Numbered from the stretch's first letter, positions 39,100-47,993 are shown. The stretch: DNA of 64,000 nucleotides from Nitrososphaerales archaeon (GCA_030038075.1 JASHPO010000091.1:571-64570); one strand, 5' to 3'. Numbers and translations: made by a program. The notes: generated from the sequence alone by a model not told the origin.

Positions 39100-40017
39100 T
39101 TGGCAAAAGCAAACGAAGCAATCTCTACGGGAGTATCTGCACTTATTGTCATTGTAATAGTTCTCATTGTTGGATTCGGAGTCTATCTCGATGCTACCAT
39201 CAACACCGCCAGCACGAGTAGCGTCAGTAATGGAAGTTCCAAGACCGCAACCATTAATTCGACTTTTAGTGCGAACAACACAGAAACAGAAAGCCCAGTT
39301 AGTAACTACACTGCGACGACGGCTACTGTCGTCACTTCAGAAACTCCTCCATGCACTCCTTCCAGTGCATATATTTCGACATCTACTTTATCTGAGCAGT
39401 CTAGTATAACAACAGTTCAGGTGGCATATGATGGCACGACATGTAATTTCGGAAATAGTTTGTTTGAACCTCCCTCGGCAATCCTAATTCCCGCAAATAC
39501 TCTCGTCTGGACAAACTTCCAATTGCAAGTTAATAACAGCTATTTTGTTAATGCTGCAATTCATTTCTTACCTTTCCCTGCTGTAGTAGGCGCTAACATA
39601 ACCGTGGCTGTTTATTTGAATGACATTCTCAACTCGAGCTCGACAACACCAGTAACTCAGTTGCCGAATGCGGTAACCAATTCTTCATTGATCCCCACAT
39701 CTAACTCTTCAAATTCGATTTTCGCGCTAACGGGCGTGACTCCAACTGGGGGAGTAGGCATGCAAACAGGATCCGCGGTAAATCTCAACGGCACGACTAT
39801 CACTATTGCCATTCTAAGTGACAAGCCTCTCTGGCTTTCCGGTTGGACTCCAGAAGATATGTCAAAGGGCACGGGTGCGCAATTTGGACAATCAACAGGG
39901 CAGCTCAGTGGCACCTACGAATGGCCTGACTCTGGATTATCTCTTCCCAATTCATTACCGCAACCAACAACCAAGTTGACCTTTGAACTTCAGATTTCAG
40001 GGGATTACTTTTCATAA
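39100..40017 (+). CDS. N-terminally anchored surface protein, leader-family member 2
   Basis: 305 aa with TTG start and MAKANEAISTGVSALIVIVIVLIVGFGVYL. Ser/Thr-rich with many sequons. The ectodomain is unrelated to members 1 and 4. Confidence 0.8.
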   Translation: MAKANEAISTGVSALIVIVIVLIVGFGVYLDATINTASTSSVSNGSSKTATINSTFSANNTETESPVSNYTATTATVVTSETPPCTPSSAYISTSTLSEQSSITTVQVAYDGTTCNFGNSLFEPPSAILIPANTLVWTNFQLQVNNSYFVNAAIHFLPFPAVVGANITVAVYLNDILNSSSTTPVTQLPNAVTNSSLIPTSNSSNSIFALTGVTPTGGVGMQTGSAVNLNGTTITIAILSDKPLWLSGWTPEDMSKGTGAQFGQSTGQLSGTYEWPDSGLSLPNSLPQPTTKLTFELQISGDYFS

Positions 40018-40193
40018 AAAGTGTCGATTACTTCGGCGTCACCTTTGAAACCCTTCGTGCTCTGACTGTGTCAACAATGAGAAATTCCAAAGAATAGTGA
40101 ATCCGTTGTAAACTTCAGAAGCGGTCAGCCCGCCAATTCCGAAATCCCTTTGTTCGTTGGGTAATTTTTATATTACCATCTGTGTATTACCAT

Positions 40194-40460
40194 ATGAACA
40201 TGGCCGAAGTCGTAAGTATCAAAGTCGACAAGAAGACAAAAGAGAGAATGCAGCGGTTCTCGAACATAAACTGGAGCGACACCATTCGCAATGCTATACG
40301 AAGTAGATTGGAGGAAGAGGAATTGAAGGACCGAAGAAACTTGGACCTGAAGGAGTTAGACGAAGCTTCCAAAATTTCAGACTCTATACGTAGGCCTTCT
40401 GCTCTTGGCTGGAATTCAACGGCGGAAATAAGGAAATGGAGAGACGCGAGAAAGAGGTAA
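40194..40460 (+). CDS. vapB: ribbon-helix-helix-like antitoxin VapB
   Basis: The MNMAEVVSIKVDKKTKERMQRF.. N-terminus is followed by a charged tail ending EIRKWRDARKR. It overlaps the downstream PIN gene. Confidence 0.6.
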   Translation: MNMAEVVSIKVDKKTKERMQRFSNINWSDTIRNAIRSRLEEEELKDRRNLDLKELDEASKISDSIRRPSALGWNSTAEIRKWRDARKR

Positions 40461-40867
40461 TCGTCGTTGACGCCTCGGTGATCGTGAAATGGTTTGTCGA
40501 AGAGGATTATACGAGGCATGCGCTCAGGATGCGGGATGACTACAAGAAGGGAATCATAGACATTTGGTCGACAGAACTGATGCCGTTCGAAGTAATTAAT
40601 GCGCTTCGATATAATTCGGAACTTGGACAGCAAGAGATTGGCAAGGTGACCAAGTCACTTTCTAAATTCAAGATTGCCCTTTATCCATTGTTGAAGGAGC
40701 TCGGCGATTTGAGTATTGAGCTCGCACTAAAATACGGCTTGACAATCTATGACTCTTCTTACTTGGCACTCGGTCGGACATTTGATAAAGCACTGTACAC
40801 GGCCGATGAAAAGATGATGTCGAAGATCTCAGGCAAAGAGAGAGTAACCCACCTGAAAGAATATTGA
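40436..40867 (+). CDS. vapC: PIN-domain toxin VapC
   Basis: 143 aa with VIVVDASVIVKWF and IYDSSYLALG, the classic PIN acidic positions. Confidence 0.85.
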   Translation: MERREKEVIVVDASVIVKWFVEEDYTRHALRMRDDYKKGIIDIWSTELMPFEVINALRYNSELGQQEIGKVTKSLSKFKIALYPLLKELGDLSIELALKYGLTIYDSSYLALGRTFDKALYTADEKMMSKISGKERVTHLKEY

Positions 40868-40929
40868 TTTCGCTCCCGCTAACAGGAACGGTATCACTGA
40901 AAGTGAGTTCTAACAGGATATGCTCTGAC

Positions 40930-41280
40930 TCATTGTCGTGGCGGAATACAAGTCATTGCTATGTCTGTTACTGTGGTCACAAGACTAGATGGATTGTAAT
41001 ATGACAGGCTCGTCTGATTTGAAGTTGTCACGCATGTTGGGTCATACTGGTAGACCTAGACTCCTTGCTTGGTTATGGTCAACACGGCGTAGGTCTGAAT
41101 TGAAACAATGGTTACGCTTGTTGTTTCCGTCTGCGTAGAACCTGTGAGAGTTTGAGTTACGATCTAATTCTTTCCAGAAGAGACCGCGTATCCAATAGAG
41201 GCTCCTGGCCCCAAAGCGATTAGAATGAACACAACTGAAACAAGAAGCATTGTGCGAGGCGACAAGTTAGGATTTCTCAC
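40930..41280 (-). pseudogene. anchor-type secreted protein gene interrupted by two in-frame TAG codons
   Basis: Hand RC translation gives VRNPNLSPRTMLLVSVVFILIALGPGASIGYAVSSGKN*IVTQTLTGSTQTETTSVTIVSIQTYAVLTITKQGV*VYQYDPTCVTTSNQTSLSYYNPSSLVTTVTDIAMTCIPPRQ*. The TAG codons are at 41164-41166 and 41056-41058 (complement). Confidence 0.55.
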
Positions 41281-41327
41281 CGATTATTTTCGGAACTGTA
41301 AAGATAAATTGTCGTCTGGAGGCAACT

Positions 41328-41372
41328 GTTCTAATCATCAGAACAAGTTTGCTATTGCATATTCTCAAATAC
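41328..41372 (+). promoter_or_regulatory. 45-bp family leader copy 3
   Basis: Sequence GTTCTAATCATCAGAACAAGTTTGCTATTGCATATTCTCAAATAC, 75 nt upstream of TTG 41403. Confidence 0.6.
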
Positions 41373-41402
41373 GACTGACGGCTTTTCGAATATTGTCTTA
41401 CA

Positions 41403-41981
41403 TTGGCAAAAGCACGCAGAGCAATCTCGCTTAGAGTTTCAGTGATAGTTGTCATCGCGCTAATTCTGGTAGTCGGTTTCGGAGTTTATCTCAACGATAC
41501 ATTCAACACCTCAAACACTGCTACGAGCGTTTTTGCTAGTAATACCAGTTCCTCAACATCGAGTGGTAGCGCATCCGTTATTACCACTCAAAACACTACA
41601 TCCAAGATCATTCTCTCTCAAGGAACGACCTATCAGGTACAATCGAGCTACGATTGCGTGGCCGGTCATTTTGCACAGCCGTTCAACATAACCACAATTT
41701 CCTACCTTGAGGGCGGAATAAACGTGACAAATCCAGGAGTCACGGTTTATGTTTCAACTACTCAGCAAGCTCAGACGACCAACTTGGGTCACCCAATCCA
41801 GTGGGCCTATTCTGCAAATGTGACAAATTCGACAACGTTCAAGGTTATTCTCCCTTCAGGGTCCTACGTCCTGTGGATCGAAGGCGCAGACATGGGATGC
41901 GGGGCGACGATTGTCACGCCGCTCGAACAGTTGACTGTGGTCACAGTAACCCAGGCCATCATGGTCACACCCGAATCTTAG
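41403..41981 (+). CDS. N-terminally anchored surface protein, leader-family member 3
   Basis: 192 aa with TTG start and MAKARRAISLRVSVIVVIALILVVGFGVYL. Small distinct ectodomain. Confidence 0.8.
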   Translation: MAKARRAISLRVSVIVVIALILVVGFGVYLNDTFNTSNTATSVFASNTSSSTSSGSASVITTQNTTSKIILSQGTTYQVQSSYDCVAGHFAQPFNITTISYLEGGINVTNPGVTVYVSTTQQAQTTNLGHPIQWAYSANVTNSTTFKVILPSGSYVLWIEGADMGCGATIVTPLEQLTVVTVTQAIMVTPES

Positions 41982-42002
41982 ATCGTTCTGAACAGCCCAG
42001 TT

Positions 42003-42045
42003 GTTTTAATCATCAGAAGTCTCGCTATTGCGTATTCCCAAATAA
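42003..42045 (+). promoter_or_regulatory. orphan, degenerate family leader copy with no downstream family gene
   Basis: Sequence GTTTTAATCATCAGAAGTCTCGCTATTGCGTATTCCCAAATAA. Both half-sites are mutated and the copy is 2 nt shorter. It is followed 22 nt later by the 3' end of a convergent vapC. Confidence 0.55.
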
Positions 42046-42066
42046 CGGCAAGACAGAGTATGCCTT

Positions 42067-42567
42067 CTATTGAGATCCCAATACAATCAACTTAACCTCA
42101 TGATCTCCAAGAAGTCTTTCAGCTTTTGAAAAGTCGGAGTCCGATGTGAGAAGTGATTCAATGTTGAAACCTCTATTTTTCAAGGAGATCAAATGAGCAA
42201 TGTGGAGCAAATCTAGACTCCTGAGCTTGACATCGGAGGCTAGAGCAAGACAGGAGCCAGATTCCAAATCAACCTTCCCAAACGGCGTCGCCACTTGCTC
42301 GACTGCAGGAGGTAGGAGTTTCACATCGTACTTTGACATCAAATGAACTAGATATGCCAATAGTACCGTGGAAGGTTGGACATCTTCGACCGGAACCGCG
42401 GAGATTAGCTCTGGCTTCCGCGAAATAGACGCTGCTAACTCGACGAGAAAGAGCTCTGATACTACTTTTTCTCTGGTTCTGGCCAAGAGCGTGGCAGCTT
42501 CTCTGCTCCTTTGGCGCGTTGACGTATCCATGGCAGCAATTACCAGACTCGTGTCGATGTAATTCAT
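42067..42567 (-). CDS. vapC: PIN-domain toxin VapC
   Basis: 166 aa with MNYIDTSLVIAAMD at the N-terminus and LLTSDSDF at the C-terminal motif. 4-nt overlap with the upstream antitoxin. Confidence 0.75.
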   Translation of the reverse strand: MNYIDTSLVIAAMDTSTRQRSREAATLLARTREKVVSELFLVELAASISRKPELISAVPVEDVQPSTVLLAYLVHLMSKYDVKLLPPAVEQVATPFGKVDLESGSCLALASDVKLRSLDLLHIAHLISLKNRGFNIESLLTSDSDFSKAERLLGDHEVKLIVLGSQ

Positions 42568-42800
42568 CTGAATTCCCTATCCAGTTTGACCCCAGCGAAA
42601 TTCAATTTGCCAGCAGAGTCCAAATTTTGGATGATTTTGACTAGCTTACCAAGCTGTTTGAGTTCTTCTTGAGAGTCTAGCCCTCTCTTCATCAATTCTC
42701 GAATTGCTTCACTTCTGTTGGAATATAGCCCGGTCTTCACGAATAGGTCGATGGTCTCCAGAGTTTCTCGATTTAGCCTCACAGGAATAGTTTCAGTCAT
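42564..42800 (-). CDS. vapB: ribbon-helix-helix (CopG-like) antitoxin VapB
   Basis: 78 aa with IPVRLNRETLETIDLFVKTGLYSNRSEAIRELMKRG, an RHH pattern. Confidence 0.75.
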   Translation of the reverse strand: MTETIPVRLNRETLETIDLFVKTGLYSNRSEAIRELMKRGLDSQEELKQLGKLVKIIQNLDSAGKLNFAGVKLDREFR

Positions 42801-43100
42801 TTTATATACGTATGCGAATACGTATATAAAAGATAAGCGATATTCTTTATGGTCGAGCCTGGCTACTCTATGTCCCGATTAAGAGCTCCCGGCTGGCATC
42901 TGTTGGGCAAGCAGTCGTAGAGCGAACCAACCGCGCTCGGAACAGCATGAACAAGAACACCGAGGGCCACGAATGAGGATACGGCTGAACCCCAATCGCA
43001 ACCGCCTACAATGATCCCATTATTGCCTGAATGCCATTCCCATGAATTCGAGTCGTCTCTACGGACCAGGGATTCGAGTGTGAGAAGCCTGGCAATGATC

Positions 43101-43145
43101 GTTCTAATCATCAGAACAGTTCTGCTATTGCATATTCTCAAATAA
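43101..43145 (+). promoter_or_regulatory. 45-bp family leader copy 5
   Basis: Sequence GTTCTAATCATCAGAACAGTTCTGCTATTGCATATTCTCAAATAA, 77 nt upstream of TTG 43178. Confidence 0.6.
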
Positions 43146-43177
43146 TACCATATCGCCTTTGATATTCGTTACCCGAA

Positions 43178-44374
43178 TTGACTATAGCACGCAGAGCTAT
43201 CTCGTTAGGTGTATCTGCCCTGATAGTCATTATTATCATCTTGATAGTCGGTTTTGGTATCTTGCTCAATGCTACTTTCAACACTACAACCACGGCAAGC
43301 ATCTCATCAAGCACTTCGTTCTCGACGCTTGTAAGTAATTCCTCTTTCGCGACAACCCAAAGCTCGAACGCTACTCTTTCCTCGTCATCGATTTCGACGG
43401 CATCAACATTAGTTACAGCGCAAACCACAAACTCGACTTTGGGTCTAGAACTCTCAGTATCTGTAAATTCGACCAGCGTCCCTAGCGAGGACGCAATCCA
43501 GGTATCGGGTTCCATTACAAATACACTATCGACCGTAAACAACTTGACGGCAGCAAACGACTGGCCGATTCAAGGGCCTGCTGGTCTGCTCGCGCTACTC
43601 TCTGGGCCCTGTGATCTCGGAAATGGCACAAACAAACTCTATTCCCCTATTGGTTTTGGAGTTTTCGCGGGGTTCTACGGGCTGAACAATATTTCCAGTG
43701 CCGGAAATCCCCTGCCGATATGGGCATTCATTACGTGTCCTGCTGATTTTGCATTCAATGGCTCAAGTTTAATCGGTTTGCTTCAGAACATCACGAGCTA
43801 TTCATTCCTCCCAAAGTCTGATAGTGGATACTACTCTGCATACTACTCAGGTTCTGAAGGGTTAGCGAAAGGAGTGTTACAGGCCACAATTGCAGATAGC
43901 GCAACGGTCTCTGCGAGCAACAGCACGGGAACACTTCCACCGCCCTATGATACGCTCGGCTCCTCACTACCTCAGAACTATACTCTGGTTGCCGGTGACG
44001 AGTGGGGTCAAATCGTATTATTGCAATTCACAGTCACTCCATCGAACAATCTCCCAGTTTTCGGCGAGTTTCTTTCATCTCTAGCCTTGGAAGGTTGTTC
44101 GGAAGGCGGCGTCCCTATTCCATGCATCTCATTTCAATTTGCTGGTGCAATCCTTTTCAACTGTGCTCTCGAGGCCGCAACATCCTCTGGTTGTATTGAG
44201 CATCTCAGTTCAGATTTGGGAAACTATACGATCACAACTTGGTATCCTTACGTCGACCAGGCAAACGAACCAACGTCAGCAAATTGCTGGTTCAGCGAGA
44301 GCGGTTATGCTACGCCTCCCTATGGGTACTGTTTCTTGATAAACTCGACAGCATTTGTCTATAGTGTTGTGTAG
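43178..44374 (+). CDS. N-terminally anchored surface protein, leader-family member 4
   Basis: 398 aa with TTG start and MTIARRAISLGVSALIVIIIILIVGFGILL. The ectodomain aligns with member 1 (..FAGFYGLNN.. and ..VAGDEWGQIVLLQFT). Confidence 0.8.
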   Translation: MTIARRAISLGVSALIVIIIILIVGFGILLNATFNTTTTASISSSTSFSTLVSNSSFATTQSSNATLSSSSISTASTLVTAQTTNSTLGLELSVSVNSTSVPSEDAIQVSGSITNTLSTVNNLTAANDWPIQGPAGLLALLSGPCDLGNGTNKLYSPIGFGVFAGFYGLNNISSAGNPLPIWAFITCPADFAFNGSSLIGLLQNITSYSFLPKSDSGYYSAYYSGSEGLAKGVLQATIADSATVSASNSTGTLPPPYDTLGSSLPQNYTLVAGDEWGQIVLLQFTVTPSNNLPVFGEFLSSLALEGCSEGGVPIPCISFQFAGAILFNCALEAATSSGCIEHLSSDLGNYTITTWYPYVDQANEPTSANCWFSESGYATPPYGYCFLINSTAFVYSVV

Positions 44375-44486
44375 TTTGATCTGGTTTGACCTCAACTCGA
44401 ACCAATTTTGGAAAGACAAAAGCAAACCACTATGACGGAAGTAATCACTCTGTGCCACCAACAGACCTATACTAATTCTTCAACCA

Positions 44487-44912
44487 GTGGTTAGCAAGTT
44501 TGCAACTTCAAAAGGCATCACTCACGTTCTTTCAATTGTAATCATAATTGTAATTGTCGCGGTTGCGTTCGGAGGATACTTTTTCGGCTCCGCCAACGTA
44601 TCTACCAATACCACCAAAATCTTCCAGAAAAGCGAAGTTACAGAGACGCTTGTTCAGGTGAGCCAAGTTACAGAAACCAACCCGATGGCTGTCGAAACCA
44701 TCACTGAGGTAGTACTGATATACACCGGAACCAATGCCGGCGAGGGGTTTTGCGAATCAGATGCTCTCAATAATACAAACTGTATAGGCATGTCGATTGT
44801 TAGCGTCACAACGAGCACAACGATGCTTTACATTAATCCGCCAAACGCCGCGCAGGGCTACGTCAACGTTACGGTTACGGAAGTTACTTCGTACAGCTCT
44901 CTTTCCTGTTAG
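44487..44912 (+). CDS. small secreted protein with pilin-like (class III-like) N-terminus
   Basis: 141 aa with GTG start. MVSKFATSKG-ITHVLSIVIIIVIVAVAFGGYFF has a KG followed by a hydrophobic stretch. Thr/Val-rich. Confidence 0.6.
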   Translation: MVSKFATSKGITHVLSIVIIIVIVAVAFGGYFFGSANVSTNTTKIFQKSEVTETLVQVSQVTETNPMAVETITEVVLIYTGTNAGEGFCESDALNNTNCIGMSIVSVTTSTTMLYINPPNAAQGYVNVTVTEVTSYSSLSC

Positions 44913-45108
44913 AACGCATTGACAAACTATACCACAATCACATCAAACACCAACAAGACCACAATTGACTGGTCGTGGACCTGCTCAGGGTGACCGAACC
45001 GATCTGCCATCTTCAAGAGCCATCAGCCCAACACAACAAGTCGGAAGGATTATGCCATTGAGTATTGTTTAATATCGGAAAGTGGTAAGGACTGGTGGAA
45101 ACAATCGG

Positions 45109-45699
45109 ATGAAGAAACGAAACGTATGGATTGCATTGATCACCGCAGCCATCCTAGGTGTCCTCATCTATGCTCCGGTTATACCCATTCCTCCCTTTTC
45201 TAGTGGATTTTCCGGTGTGTACACTCCTCCTCATACTCTTGATTCTGTCGCAATGAAGTTTCTCAACTTTGGCACACAGTATCACGGACCCTATGCACCT
45301 TACTACGCCCATGGAACACTTGAGTTCTGCTTAGTTCAGTATTGTGGTCCTACCCCATTTGGTGCGTTGCTCTGGGCTGATTTCCTCGTCGCAATTGCGG
45401 CAATCGACGTTGGTCTGCTCGTAAGTTTCATTCTGACAAAGAAAGGCTTGACCGGAGCATTGTCCCAACTAGGTTTTGGAGTCCTCGCGGTAATCTCTCC
45501 GGTCCTTGTTCTTTTTCTAGGAATTTCCCCGGTGTGGATGAGCATTAACCGTCTCGTGAAAGAAGAGATCATTGTTACAGGCGCGGTTCTAGTCTTGACT
45601 GCAGTAGCTGAAATATGCTGGTTCAGGAAAAGCAAGCAAAACCAATTCCTCAGGCAGTCAGAGAAACTTGAAAGTGACCATCAAGTACGCGCGCAATGA
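45109..45699 (+). CDS. polytopic membrane protein, unknown function
   Basis: ATG 45109 gives MKKRNVWIALITAAILGVLIY, and several further TM helices follow. Confidence 0.55.
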   Translation: MKKRNVWIALITAAILGVLIYAPVIPIPPFSSGFSGVYTPPHTLDSVAMKFLNFGTQYHGPYAPYYAHGTLEFCLVQYCGPTPFGALLWADFLVAIAAIDVGLLVSFILTKKGLTGALSQLGFGVLAVISPVLVLFLGISPVWMSINRLVKEEIIVTGAVLVLTAVAEICWFRKSKQNQFLRQSEKLESDHQVRAQ

Positions 45700-45805
45700 A
45701 GCCTTAGAGATAGGTAGGAATACGGATTCCTCTGGAATCCTTAAAATGATATTTCTGATGACATAAGTTTCTCATGATATTGGACTGGAGAGCAGTGGGC
45801 TGGAT

Positions 45806-46001
45806 CAATGCGAAACTGCAATCTGAGAAAGTTGCTTTAGTACGCCCTTTTTCTTGATGCCCCAAAGCTCGATTCCCATTACTTCACGTCTCGGTCCAGT
45901 TCAACTATCACATTATCCTCCACTTCCTTCACGCTATCAGAAGGACCCTTCCTGAAATGCGTGTATGGGATGTCCTCTTTGGAATCGTAACTGACTTTCA
46001 T
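45806..46001 (-). pseudogene. DUF2283-like gene with a frameshift
   Basis: MKVSYDSKEDIPYTHFRKGPSDSVKEVEDNVIVELDRDVK* continues in another frame as EVMGIELWGIKKKGVLKQL..*. The joined sequence fits the DUF2283 pattern (..D.DG.VVGIE..). The 196-nt span is not a multiple of 3. Confidence 0.55.
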
Positions 46002-46284
46002 TTAAGGGGACCCAAGACCCAAAGCACCTCCCCACTTTCTTTCTAATAAGCCTGTCAACCTTTCGATGAGCGATAAAACGGTGATAACTCTGTTCGTTTC
46101 TTCGGGCGCATAAACAACTACAAGACTTTTTTTGATCAACCGGTTTCACCGCAACCATGGCGTCCGACTCGATGTCCTTGTAAATGGAATCTGGGCTGGC
46201 TGTACCTGAAATTACGTCCTGCCTTTTCACAATTCGATCCCGCATTTTCTCTGTTGCGTGTCGGCTAAACTCGACTCGATACAA
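46002..46284 (-). pseudogene. DUF4258-like gene with a frameshift at an A7 run
   Basis: The N-terminal half is MYRVEFSRHATEKMRDRIVKRQDV..AVKPVDQKK. After the T7 run at 46127-46133 (A7 on the coding strand), the protein-like frame is SLVVVYAPEETNRVITVLSLIE.., ending at TAA 46002-46004. The frame used in the ORF track turns Cys/Arg/His-rich. Confidence 0.5.
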
Positions 46285-46793
46285 AAGTCACCTTCCGTCT
46301 CCTTTTTGTTTACCTGGAATTGAATGTTCTGAGCATCACGCAAGCCAAGTCCAATAAATGCTCCTGATTCCATATGCCGAGCCTGTTAGATGGATACTCT
46401 ATCACATGAGGCGAGCAGAATTTCCTGTGGTAACCAAAAATGGAATCTTCTGAACCAACCTTCACAACCCCGGGTTTCTAGGGACGATGTCCCATCTAAA
46501 CATGATTGGACGAACTTTGGAAGAGATGATCAACCGTTCAGAATTTGGCCAAGTATTCGTCGCACTGCTTTTTCCGGGTTACAATCAAATGAGCGCGATC
46601 ATTGTATTCATGCGGTCAAACGTGGAACTCGAGGCAGATTCTTCCGAGCATAAGAGTAGCGCTGTTGTTTCGGTCTGTTTTTAATTGTTCCTCTTGGGAG
46701 CTCATTGAGCACGCCCGAACGGGTAACAGTACGTACAGGATAAATCTAAAAGTCGTGGACTCCTGCGCTTGAATTAATGAGGTAGAAACTACA

Positions 46794-47102
46794 ATGATGA
46801 ACGAAGGCTATAGGACATGCTCGGGATGTAATAGAGAGATAATGGTTTCATCCAGAGGTTTATTTTTGCCTCATAAGGACAAGAAAAAGAAAATCGTTTG
46901 CCCCATGTCTGGCAAAGCACCTAACTATGATATATGCGATTTATGCGGAAAGAAAATTGCAAACCCTGACAATGAAACTAGGTATTGTTCAGAAGAATGT
47001 GAGAAAAAAGATTCTCGCCGTCACTTGATGCCTGTTAATCAGGAAATTTCCAAACGAAAAATCAAGTCATTAAAATTTTCAAACCCGCTTTACTTTGATT
47101 GA
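46794..47102 (+). CDS. small Cys-rich (zinc-binding-like) protein
   Basis: 102 aa with CSGC..CPMSG..CDLCG..CSEEC pairs. Confidence 0.45.
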   Translation: MMNEGYRTCSGCNREIMVSSRGLFLPHKDKKKKIVCPMSGKAPNYDICDLCGKKIANPDNETRYCSEECEKKDSRRHLMPVNQEISKRKIKSLKFSNPLYFD

Positions 47103-47119
47103 TGGAAATTATTCCCAAA

Positions 47120-47866
47120 TTATCCAATAGCTGGTTTCAGATAACTCGTCCCGACGAGTTGGGCTAGGAACAAGTCGCTGTCGGTGAAAGCTGGGCAGGA
47201 AGTATTCAGTCCTGAAGAGCCATCTCCGTTTGTCTGCGCAATTCCTATCCCGAACAGTGAGCTACCGCATCTGACGTACTGTGGAAAGAAGTATGAAAAA
47301 ATGAAAGACCACTGAAAGTCGTAGACAACGATTATTGATTCACCAGTCGAATTGAAGAGCGCCTGCTCGGGAAAAGCGTAAACTGCGTCGTATGGATACG
47401 GACCGCCCTGCGATGCATTTCCGAAGCTATCCGTTATGTACATCGATCCGGTAAAGTTTGCATCGAAGCTTCCATTCGTGGTCAGACTAGAGTCATTCTG
47501 CGGATAGTAGGCGTATTTCATGCAGATCTGAGCAAAATTCATCGTGAAATTGCTGATGATAAAGTAGGTTGAGCTGTTCAAATTGAATCCTGATGGATAA
47601 TTTTCTAGGCAGGTCGTGGGAAAATTTGCCGGAAGGGATTGCTTCACGTATTCCGACCCACTCGCAATCTCAGTTACAGTCTTCGTAGAGATGACTGTCT
47701 GTGTGCTCGTGAGGGTGGTCTCGATTGTCGCAACACTTGTTTGCTCGGGAAGTGGAGATGAACTTGAGCTGTATTCGTAAAAAAGGACGCCGAGAGCAGA
47801 AGATAGAACGATTATCGCAAGCACTAGACCGGCAACAACTCCAGAGACACCCGTCTTTGATGCCAA
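47120..47866 (-). CDS. N-terminally anchored secreted protein
   Basis: 248 aa with MASKTGVSGVVAGLVLAIIVLSSALGVLFY, a Ser/Thr linker and sequons. It is divergent from leader copy 6. Confidence 0.65.
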   Translation of the reverse strand: MASKTGVSGVVAGLVLAIIVLSSALGVLFYEYSSSSSPLPEQTSVATIETTLTSTQTVISTKTVTEIASGSEYVKQSLPANFPTTCLENYPSGFNLNSSTYFIISNFTMNFAQICMKYAYYPQNDSSLTTNGSFDANFTGSMYITDSFGNASQGGPYPYDAVYAFPEQALFNSTGESIIVVYDFQWSFIFSYFFPQYVRCGSSLFGIGIAQTNGDGSSGLNTSCPAFTDSDLFLAQLVGTSYLKPAIG

Positions 47867-47919
47867 ACTCGCAACCTTACATCCAGCCGTTGTATATGAG
47901 ACTACCCAACGGCTTGCCT

Positions 47920-47964
47920 GTTCTGATCTTTAGAACACGACCAGAGGATGGTAGTTTCAAATAA
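47920..47964 (+). promoter_or_regulatory. 45-bp family leader copy 6 (diverged)
   Basis: Sequence GTTCTGATCTTTAGAACACGACCAGAGGATGGTAGTTTCAAATAA. It keeps the palindrome and the TATA-like end, and lies 74 nt upstream of TTG 47994. Confidence 0.55.
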
Positions 47965-47993
47965 CACGAATAGTCTTATCAGCATGTCTCTCA

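Noticed and set aside
41225-41455. ORFs 41225..41434 (+), 41267..41455 (-) and 42863..43141 (-) overlapping the family leaders.
   Set aside because: Their conserved parts (for example ..RICNS.LVLMIRT..) are simply translations of the conserved non-coding 45-bp leader. The remainder shows no paralogy. The 3' two-thirds of 42863..43141 could still hide a small membrane protein, but it has no credible start outside the leader.
46390-46684. Overlapping plus-strand ORFs 46390..46653 and 46487..46684.
   Set aside because: They overlap each other, have no motifs and have odd composition (the first is Arg/Ser/Asp-rich). The region may be a decayed gene next to the broken DUF4258 module, but I could not reconstruct a coherent frame on either strand.
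34323-47964. Interpreting the 45-bp leaders as integron attC sites.
   Set aside because: The half-sites (GTTCT/AGAAC) do not fit the RYYYAAC/GTTRRRY core boxes. The elements sit at the 5' side, at a fixed distance from start codons, and end in a TATA-like box. No integrase is visible in the window. A promoter/operator reading fits better.
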